A stretch of 32,730 bases of DNA, taken from positions 1 through 32,730 of IMG/VR virus record IMGVR_UViG_3300048599_000902, one strand, 5' to 3'. Positions within the stretch are counted from its first letter, which is position 1; the number at the start of each line of letters is the position of its first letter. Both the position numbers and the translations under genes were made by a program. Source of the stretch: a virus (Duplodnaviria > Caudoviricetes). Of the stretch, positions 25,175 through 32,730 are shown piece after piece. The notes under the pieces were generated by a model. The model saw only the letters and a list, made by a program, of their open reading frames with translations, did no database searches and was not told where the DNA came from.

Positions 25175-28100
25175 TACCACTACTGAGAAATTGAGACTGG
25201 AAATTGAGGTCGCCGCACAGGATGCCCTCAAATACCTCACCTCCACGGCGAGCGAAATAAAAAGGCTCGCCGCGGAGGCTCAGGCCTCTGTGCCTCCTGT
25301 CAATCAATTGAAGGTCACGATCGCTCAGCTCCAATCTGATCTAAAGACAAGCGCCACTACCGCTGAGTTTTTCGGAGATGAGGTCGGTGGTCTGCGGGAT
25401 CGCCAGGCACTCCTAAAAAATACCATCGTTGATCTTATTAAAAGCGGGATTGCCCCCGAAACTCAAGAACTCCAGGAACTAAAATCCCAGTACGATGAGA
25501 CATCAGAAAAACTCAAGCACTTCGACGATAGCACTGTATCCCTTACGGACAAGATCGGAAAGCTCGCGGCCACGGGTGCCGCCCTTGCGGCGGCCAACAA
25601 GATCAAGCAGTTTTCCGAGGCTGCTGTTGCTGATTTTGCCAATGCTGAAGCCTCATCAGAACGTCTTAACCTTGCTCTACAGATGAGGGGAATGGCCGCT
25701 GCGGCGCCAGCCCTCAACGCTCTTGCAGAACGACTAAAAAAAGTTGCTGGCATTGATGACGACCTCACCACGCAAATCGAAGCGGAACTGATTGCACAAG
25801 GCAAGAGTGAAATAGAGACAGAAAAAATCATCAGAGCAGCAGCTGGAATGTCCGCTGTATCCGGGGATCTTTCATCCAATGTGCAAAAGCTTGAATCCTC
25901 TTATTCTGGTGTGGCTGGTGGCATCGGAAGAGCGATTCCTGAATTCAAAAACTTGACCGATGAGCAGCTTCGTGCAGGCGCAGGCGTTGATCTGATGTTG
26001 GCCAAATACGAAGGATTTACAGGCAAGACAGGGAAGACAACCATAGCTCTTGCTATTATGAAAGCTAGCATCGATGATGCAAAAAAAGCATTTGGTGAGG
26101 GGCTCTCTCCAATTGTCATTGAAGGATCGAATGCTATTTCCGCGTTTGCATCTATCCTAGAGAAAATACCGACGCCTTTGAAAGAAATTGGCGGAATAAT
26201 AACTACCGTCCTTTTGGTAGCACTCGGAGCGCTCGTCTTGAGAACTGTTGCCGTGACCGCTGCTGAGTGGGGGCTCTTCGGCGCCAAGATGGCGGTTAAC
26301 GCGGCCACAGCTGTGGGTAATCCCTTGCTTTGGGCTGGTATCGCTGCAGCGGTGGCAGCTGTTGCGGCCACAACGGCTTTGGTAGCCGCAAAAGTCAAAG
26401 AAGCAAAAGCCATGACCGATGCATCAAATCAATATGATGCCAATGCAGCTGCTATGGATGCAGCCAAACAATCCGCTGATGCTTACCGTGACTCCGTGGA
26501 AAAAATGAGCAAGGCAGAACTCGAATCCGCAGCCGCATCTCTTCGTGCCGCAATGCTACGGTCGACCAATATGGGGGGACTCACCGAGGCTGCTAACCAG
26601 CTTAAAATAATTGACGAGCGTCTTGCCAAACTAAAGCAAGCAGACCTTGATGCAAAAGCTGCAACATTCAAGGCCTCGTGGTCACAGACGTATGGTCAAT
26701 CTATCGCTGACCAGTCCTCTAATCCCTATGCCTCTATAAACTATGAAGAACAGCAGAAGCTCGCAGAAGTAGCTGCTTCAAACTTAACAAAAACCGACAA
26801 AAAAACAATTGATGAAATTAGTGCCTATTATTATGCCAAGCGAAAAGTCTTGGCTGATTCAATAGCAAAGGACGAAGCGTCCCAACTCGCAAAACTCACT
26901 GCGACCAAGGTCGATGATCTTCAGCTCGAGGAAAAGGACCAGATCAACGCCCTCAACGCCCTCGAGATAAAAGCGGTCGCAGCTGAAGGGCTGACTCAGA
27001 ATCAGATATCTGCGATCCATGCGAAATATGCCTCTCTTCGAGCCAGTGTAGATATCAAGTACTCCCAGGAGATATCTGACACTCGAAAGCAGGAAGTAAT
27101 AGATGCCGCGGCCGCTTATTTCGACCTGTCGAACAAGGAACGGGCTGCCGCTGTTGCCCTCACCGTATCTAAAGTGGACGACCTTGAACTGGAGCGAGAC
27201 AGAGCACTCGCGCTTTTTAAGGGCACCGAAGTCGAAAAGCTTGCTCTTTCCTCTTCGTATGCCAAGAAGATAGCGGATGCCCAGATCGAAGAGGACAAGC
27301 GCGTCTTTGCCGAACGCCTCGCTAATGCCAAATCGAGTGGCGATTATGGCACCTATGCTGCGCTATCAACCAGCAGTGCGATATCCAGCACGCAAGTCGG
27401 CCAGATGCTCGGCGCTGGCGGTGCCGCAGCTGCCGATCCCATGATTGTCCTCGTCGATGCCGCAGTCAAATTCGCGACCTCCCTTGAGAGCGTGCAGAAA
27501 GTCCTGAATGTCTTTGATACTGGCCTCAGCGGAATGAAGACGCTTGTCGATGGACTCTTGGGGGGCGGCGCCGACGAGCTCGTGAATACGATTGTTGATA
27601 TTGGAGAAGCGCTTGGCAACGTGGCTGCGCCCTTCCTCGGGCTTTTTGTACTCAATCTCAAGATTACAACGGCGTTATTGAATACCTTCGTCGTGCCGCG
27701 TCTTCAGCTGTTGGGCAAAGCCTTTGCCTGGCTGTACGACAGCGTTATTGTACCTGTTGGGAATGCCTTTATCAGCATCGTAAACGGGGTGATACAGGCC
27801 ATCAATAGTGCTCTTGGCTGGGCCGGTGTGTCCATAAGCTACGTGGCGGCCCTCAAGACGACAGCTCAAATCGCCGCAGAAGCAGACGAGATAGCAGCAA
27901 AAGTCGATGCGGTGAGCGATACCATGTCGGATGTTCAAGCAATTTTTGATGATAAAAAGAACGATCTCAAAGAGGCATACGACAAGAATATCTCGGCACT
28001 GAAAAATCTTCTTGAGCTTGGCGCAATCAGTGCAACCGATTATGCGTCCCGAATATCAACGCTTAATAGTGATTATACGGCTGCGGTCAAGGTGCTTGAG

Positions 28101-28475
28101 ACCCAGGAAAAAGCTCAGCTTAAAACCCTCCAGGAGATCCTGGATAGTTTGAATAAGGGAAATGATATTTCAACCGCGGCTCTGCATGCCGCTGGCGTTG
28201 CAGGGTATGCGGTTGGCGCAATTGAGATTCCAGAGACCCAGTCAGCTATCGTGCATAAAGGCGAGACCATCATACCTGCAAGTTTTGCGGCAGGGATCAG
28301 ATCTGGGGAGCTGTCTCTGAGTAAGCTTTCTCCCTCATCATCATCCAGTGGGTCAAGCTTGTCGGTGGAGGTATATGTTGCTGGCTCTGTTACAACAGAG
28401 AATGACCTGGCTGATAAAGTTGGCACTAATATCGCGCGCCGCATTAAGCGTGGCCAGTTGGAGACGGCATCGTGA
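25167..28475 (+). CDS. Tail tape measure protein
   Basis: 1102 aa, Ala-rich helical, hydrophobic segments, C-terminal GYAVG...VHKGETIIPA. Confidence 0.92.
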   Translation: MGDTTTEKLRLEIEVAAQDALKYLTSTASEIKRLAAEAQASVPPVNQLKVTIAQLQSDLKTSATTAEFFGDEVGGLRDRQALLKNTIVDLIKSGIAPETQELQELKSQYDETSEKLKHFDDSTVSLTDKIGKLAATGAALAAANKIKQFSEAAVADFANAEASSERLNLALQMRGMAAAAPALNALAERLKKVAGIDDDLTTQIEAELIAQGKSEIETEKIIRAAAGMSAVSGDLSSNVQKLESSYSGVAGGIGRAIPEFKNLTDEQLRAGAGVDLMLAKYEGFTGKTGKTTIALAIMKASIDDAKKAFGEGLSPIVIEGSNAISAFASILEKIPTPLKEIGGIITTVLLVALGALVLRTVAVTAAEWGLFGAKMAVNAATAVGNPLLWAGIAAAVAAVAATTALVAAKVKEAKAMTDASNQYDANAAAMDAAKQSADAYRDSVEKMSKAELESAAASLRAAMLRSTNMGGLTEAANQLKIIDERLAKLKQADLDAKAATFKASWSQTYGQSIADQSSNPYASINYEEQQKLAEVAASNLTKTDKKTIDEISAYYYAKRKVLADSIAKDEASQLAKLTATKVDDLQLEEKDQINALNALEIKAVAAEGLTQNQISAIHAKYASLRASVDIKYSQEISDTRKQEVIDAAAAYFDLSNKERAAAVALTVSKVDDLELERDRALALFKGTEVEKLALSSSYAKKIADAQIEEDKRVFAERLANAKSSGDYGTYAALSTSSAISSTQVGQMLGAGGAAAADPMIVLVDAAVKFATSLESVQKVLNVFDTGLSGMKTLVDGLLGGGADELVNTIVDIGEALGNVAAPFLGLFVLNLKITTALLNTFVVPRLQLLGKAFAWLYDSVIVPVGNAFISIVNGVIQAINSALGWAGVSISYVAALKTTAQIAAEADEIAAKVDAVSDTMSDVQAIFDDKKNDLKEAYDKNISALKNLLELGAISATDYASRISTLNSDYTAAVKVLETQEKAQLKTLQEILDSLNKGNDISTAALHAAGVAGYAVGAIEIPETQSAIVHKGETIIPASFAAGIRSGELSLSKLSPSSSSSGSSLSVEVYVAGSVTTENDLADKVGTNIARRIKRGQLETAS

Positions 28476-31400
28476 GCAGTGAATATATAGCCTATTTCAA
28501 TTGCAATGATGGGGCTGGCGAGCGTGGCCCGTATCAATTGCGCAGCGCGACGCCTGACGAGTATTTCTGTTCCGAATCTTTCAAGCGGACTGTCAGCCAA
28601 TACTCGGTCTCGATGATCCCCGATGCGACGCTTCTCGCCGCCCATGCTGCGTCCTCAGGGGATACGATCGTGCGAATCCTCTGCGATGGGACGCTTGTCT
28701 TCAAGGGGCGGGTCCCACCTACGGATTCGTGGACATCAAACGGCATCGCCCTCGATGGATCCGCGGATCTCTCGGACTTCACGTTTGAGGTCCTCGATTA
28801 CTCGGACTGGCTAGAGCATGAGATCACTGATGATGATGCCGTAGCGTGGGAGAACCACGCTGTCTGCTCGTATCAGGAGTCAATATCAATCACGCATAAG
28901 CTCCTTGCCCTTTGCGGCATCTCGGGCGACCTCTTCGTCCCCTCTATCTATGAAGAGACAGTCCTGTCAGGCTTCTCGCCGGATACCGGTTCCAAGGTTG
29001 TGGATGTCCTCGATTCCCTTTTGTATCAATACGGCCTTGTTCTCCGATGGAATATCGATCACTTTGAAATCGCGTCGTGGTTGATAGAGAGCCCAGTGTC
29101 AACGATTGACCTAAACGAGGAAATCATAATGACGGGGCTCAAGACGGAGCGCGTCGATCGTGAAGCAGATGGCGTCGAAGTGATATGGTATGCATTGAAA
29201 TCAAAATCAAAATGCTTCCTTGCAAAACCTTATCTTGACTATAAAGATGATGGCTCCTTTGCTGGCTATCCTATTGAGGCTGGACTCCTTTGGCCGGAAG
29301 AAGCCAATGTTGAAGCAACCTGGTTTGACTATGAGGATACCGCTCTATCGACAAAGGTGAGCAGCGATGGTCTGACAACATCCAAGAACAAGGATTTCAC
29401 TCAAATTGTTCTCACCAAAAACCATTATATAGATGCAAAGTTTGATACGGGAATAGTTGAAGCCATCACACCAATTTTCAAGAATAAAACCTGCCGGATT
29501 GCATACAGCAATCCCACAGCGGCCACGCTTGATCTTTACTACTGCCTAGTTTATGGCGATGTCATTTATCGAGGGGCCGAGAATTCCGTTTGTAAAAACA
29601 CGATAAACTCGCCTCGAAAGACTACCAGCTATACGGCTGAGTACCTCCACGATGAGACGCACGCATCACGGCTGGCCTGCGCGCTGGCTGATCAATATGG
29701 CATCGCATGCTGGCGGTCAACCTTCAATAGCGAAAGCAAGATAGCGCTGGGAACAATCGGAACGCTGATAGATCCCTACGCTGGATTCTCTGGCGTCGTG
29801 TTAGTCATAAAGCGATCGTATGATCCTGACACCGAGATTTACTCCTACAAGGTTGTCTCCCTTCGGCCGGTCACTATTGATCCCACGGCAAAATACATGG
29901 CCGTCATCGATGGACCAAAAACAACCGACCCTGGGGTCCTTGCGCAAAAAGCCCTCGAGGTCGGATCGGTCTCCATGTCGATATCGACCTCGGCGGTGAG
30001 CCGAAACCGCGCTGGTCTATTGACTCCATCAAAGATAGCAGCTATTGCTGCGTTTTCTAGCGGCGGCGCGTATAAAGGCCGATTTGTCGTATCCATTTCC
30101 CCAGATGGCAAGACGTTTGTTGACCAATACACATCAGCGGCAGACGAAACATCATGCGAGTGTGAAATCCCTGCCACCGTCACTATTGAGGACGTCACCT
30201 ATTATGTAGCGTCAGTACGGATCCGGCTATTCGCTGCTGGTGGTACGACTGACAAGTATGCAGAGGCTCTATGTTCTGTCACCCCAGATGCCTCGACAGC
30301 CCCTGCGTATCATGGCTCTCGCTCGACGGCGCCAACTTCGACTGTACAGGTAGATGACTACTATTTCGACAGCAACACGCCGGCCGACGGGGGCGGCGTC
30401 ATCCGTTACTACACAGGATCTGCATTTGCAGAGGCGACGAGTGATTGGTCATATTATGATGATGCCCGCGCCAAGTCGAATCTGGACATGCTCGCGTGGG
30501 CGACTGCACAAGGATCCACTCTGGCTGCGGCTCGTGCGATAGTTCGGTCTATTGTGGCTAGCGATGGATTTATCGATGAGTTGGCTGCACGAGTTATCAT
30601 CTCAGCCGCCCTTTGTAATGACAATGTTACCCCACGGACGATGATCGATCTAGCTAATGCCATCTATCAAACATTCTCCCGCGACAAACTCCAATCAATA
30701 AAGTTATTTGACTCCGTTTTACGATCTGCAGAAGGAGATTTTTGCCTTGACCACCAGGGGCAATCTCTTGTAGCGCGGCGGTCTGCGACTTTCGAAGAAG
30801 TGGCCCGTTTACGATATAGCCCAAACCGAAATTGTTTCCAGAGTTCAAAAATACAGACAAAAATAAAATTTTCTCCCACGATAGCCGTTGCGGCCGCCGC
30901 TCTCACCCAATATAACAAGATTCCTACAAACGAGAAATTCATAATAGTGAGAGATAACCAGTGTCGAATGTACTATGGCTTGGCGACTGTCGAACCCGAC
31001 TCATCCATAAAGTACGACCTCGTATATCAAGTGCTATCTGATGATGGCACCCCCTCTACGACCATTTACACGGAAAGTACACATCCAGCTGCTGGACTTA
31101 TCGAGGTTATGTATGGATGTGCCTTTGCGGATGGATCGCTCCTCATCGCGTATACCAAGCACGGCTCCAGCGATTCGCACGTTTACGAGACAGTTCAAGC
31201 CACGAACGGGGTTTGGTCCGCAGAGAGTGACCTGGGAGCATTTCCGTTCTCGGGCTATCGATTAACCACGAGGGGGCTTAATGACGGGACCGTTCTGCAG
31301 GTGGCTATGTATCCATCCTCTAGCGATATGGTTCTCGCGGGGCGGAGGCGGAACGTGGCTGGAGTGTGGGGTAGTTTCGCCACCATCTCTTCGTCTCCTG

Positions 31401-32530
31401 AAAGTGCTGGCGCTTATATCTATCCTATCATCGTAATTGATAACGATGGCGCAGCATATCTATATGCCGAGTTCTACAACACAACGAGCGGAACCGAGCA
31501 ACTGTCTGTCACTGCGATATCGATTGATGCAGTAAATAACGCAGTCTCCATTGGTGCATGGAGCAATGTTTTGTCTCTGGTAATCGGGAGTACTCCAGTC
31601 GGAGAGGTTCCATTCAAATTGGTCTACTGGCCTGATGATAGCGTGGATGGTTTTGTTCTGCGTGGAGGGAGCCTCTATCGCATTCACCGATCGACAGCCG
31701 GTGCGTGGAGCCTTGCATCCTCTGCATATACATCAACTGTTGCCGCATATGAGGTTTTCTTGGCCATTACTGGCCAACCCATACTCCTACTTGCAACTTC
31801 CTCAAGTTATCTTTGTGCAACGAAAATAGCGACCCTGACGGGGTTTGGAAATGCGGGGGACGTGTTCGTAGATGCGGGCATGGGCATAACTGAACGTGGT
31901 ATCGATAGCAGTGGCCGCGAATATTGGATACTCGGCGATGGATCTACCTATTATCCGGGGGGAGGCAGCATGATAAAAAAAATACAAGAGTTTACTTCCT
32001 CGGGTTCGTGGACATGCCCGGATGGAGTTTATTCTGTCGAAGCCCTTTGCGTGGGAGGCGGTGGTGGAGGTTCCTCCGGTTATAGCGGTGGTGGAGGCGC
32101 TGTAGTTAGGCGCAGGATCCCTGTGGTCCCGGGGACTACGTACACGTTGACTATCGGAGCTGGAGGGTCTGCAGGCTCTTCTAGCACTGCCGGGGGCGCT
32201 GGGGGAACGTCTTCTTTTGGGGCTTTATTATTCGCATACGGCGGAGGCCCCGGTGGAGCACCTGGTGGCTCGCCCCAGTGGGGGGCTTGTGGAACGGATA
32301 AAGATGTGGGGACGAGTGGCTCGGTTAATACCTGCGCTAGGTGTTCTGTATGCGACCCCAGAGACGGGATGTTTGGTGGGATATCAAGATGTGATAGCGT
32401 ATTTTCCGTTAGTAATAGCCCAATGCCGTTTCCTATCCGGGCTACAGCAGCGGTCGCAAATAGAGGCACTGGTGGGACGGGTGTAGGATATTCGGGATTT
32501 ATCTCTATTGGATGGGAGGTAAGCGCATGA
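28472..32530 (+). CDS. Large tail tip/host-specificity protein with Gly-rich C-terminal domain
   Basis: 1352 aa after tape measure; beta-rich; FTSSGSWTCPDGV...VGGGGGG...VVPGTTYTLTIGAGG. Confidence 0.8.
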   Translation: MSSEYIAYFNCNDGAGERGPYQLRSATPDEYFCSESFKRTVSQYSVSMIPDATLLAAHAASSGDTIVRILCDGTLVFKGRVPPTDSWTSNGIALDGSADLSDFTFEVLDYSDWLEHEITDDDAVAWENHAVCSYQESISITHKLLALCGISGDLFVPSIYEETVLSGFSPDTGSKVVDVLDSLLYQYGLVLRWNIDHFEIASWLIESPVSTIDLNEEIIMTGLKTERVDREADGVEVIWYALKSKSKCFLAKPYLDYKDDGSFAGYPIEAGLLWPEEANVEATWFDYEDTALSTKVSSDGLTTSKNKDFTQIVLTKNHYIDAKFDTGIVEAITPIFKNKTCRIAYSNPTAATLDLYYCLVYGDVIYRGAENSVCKNTINSPRKTTSYTAEYLHDETHASRLACALADQYGIACWRSTFNSESKIALGTIGTLIDPYAGFSGVVLVIKRSYDPDTEIYSYKVVSLRPVTIDPTAKYMAVIDGPKTTDPGVLAQKALEVGSVSMSISTSAVSRNRAGLLTPSKIAAIAAFSSGGAYKGRFVVSISPDGKTFVDQYTSAADETSCECEIPATVTIEDVTYYVASVRIRLFAAGGTTDKYAEALCSVTPDASTAPAYHGSRSTAPTSTVQVDDYYFDSNTPADGGGVIRYYTGSAFAEATSDWSYYDDARAKSNLDMLAWATAQGSTLAAARAIVRSIVASDGFIDELAARVIISAALCNDNVTPRTMIDLANAIYQTFSRDKLQSIKLFDSVLRSAEGDFCLDHQGQSLVARRSATFEEVARLRYSPNRNCFQSSKIQTKIKFSPTIAVAAAALTQYNKIPTNEKFIIVRDNQCRMYYGLATVEPDSSIKYDLVYQVLSDDGTPSTTIYTESTHPAAGLIEVMYGCAFADGSLLIAYTKHGSSDSHVYETVQATNGVWSAESDLGAFPFSGYRLTTRGLNDGTVLQVAMYPSSSDMVLAGRRRNVAGVWGSFATISSSPESAGAYIYPIIVIDNDGAAYLYAEFYNTTSGTEQLSVTAISIDAVNNAVSIGAWSNVLSLVIGSTPVGEVPFKLVYWPDDSVDGFVLRGGSLYRIHRSTAGAWSLASSAYTSTVAAYEVFLAITGQPILLLATSSSYLCATKIATLTGFGNAGDVFVDAGMGITERGIDSSGREYWILGDGSTYYPGGGSMIKKIQEFTSSGSWTCPDGVYSVEALCVGGGGGGSSGYSGGGGAVVRRRIPVVPGTTYTLTIGAGGSAGSSSTAGGAGGTSSFGALLFAYGGGPGGAPGGSPQWGACGTDKDVGTSGSVNTCARCSVCDPRDGMFGGISRCDSVFSVSNSPMPFPIRATAAVANRGTGGTGVGYSGFISIGWEVSA

Positions 32531-32730
32531 CCATAGCGTTGATTAAGGCTGATATCTGTATCAACACAATCGAGGCTGACGAAGCATTCGCCGCACAGTG
32601 TGTAGCCGATGGGATGTGCGACTCCTACGTTGATTGCAGTGGTGGGCTCGAATCATATGGAATCGGCATGAAGTGGGACGGGACACGGTTTTACAGTTTC
32701 GAGGACGCGGTGAGCGCCGGGAAGATATAG
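32527..32730 (+). CDS. Small tail-associated protein
   Basis: ATGA overlap; ALIKADICINTI...IGMKWDGTRF, a type often found after Gly-rich tail proteins. Confidence 0.6.
   Translation: MTIALIKADICINTIEADEAFAAQCVADGMCDSYVDCSGGLESYGIGMKWDGTRFYSFEDAVSAGKI

Larger units (their letters stand above)
1..32730. mobile_element. Mu-like transposable prophage with non-contractile tail (ends outside window)
   Basis: MuA/MuB-like genes, GemA-like, DUF3486-like TerS, DUF935-like portal, MuF, Mu-type protease and tail genes in phage order; no host genes or terminal sequences recognised. Confidence 0.95.

Noticed and set aside
1-32730. CRISPR array, DGR/reverse transcriptase, invertase, tail sheath, Mu terminal sequences
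   Set aside because: None recognised in the window; the phage ends appear to lie outside it

Overview
Nearly the whole window is a Mu-like transposable (pro)phage; neither genome end is visible. A leftward early operon (1-8117) carries a Ner/Cro-like HTH, a MuA-type DDE transposase, a MuB-type ATPase, DUF3102-, DUF3164- and GemA-like genes, a Zn-ribbon protein and two overlapping excisionase-like HTH genes. It diverges from a CI-type (HTH + S24) repressor and an AT-rich membrane gene. A rightward late region follows: M23 endolysin, holin, an overlapped spanin-like pair, terminase, portal, MuF-like protein, a promoter/terminator-bounded DNA-binding gene, a DNA methyltransferase, protease/scaffold, decoration and capsid proteins, and a sheath-less (siphovirus-type) tail with chaperone frameshift, tape measure and a large tail-tip protein. 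Most notable signals: (1) a MuF protein with an LPD3/BECR-like C-terminal domain, no immunity ORF, and a convergent ~80-nt RNA unit with its own promoter and terminator; (2) a slippery A9G site that would fuse portal to this MuF protein; (3) a 117-nt tRNA-like RNA with a G3.U70/A73 alanine-type acceptor; (4) a repeated late-promoter motif with a 19-bp spacer. Family names come from motif recognition by eye, not database searches.
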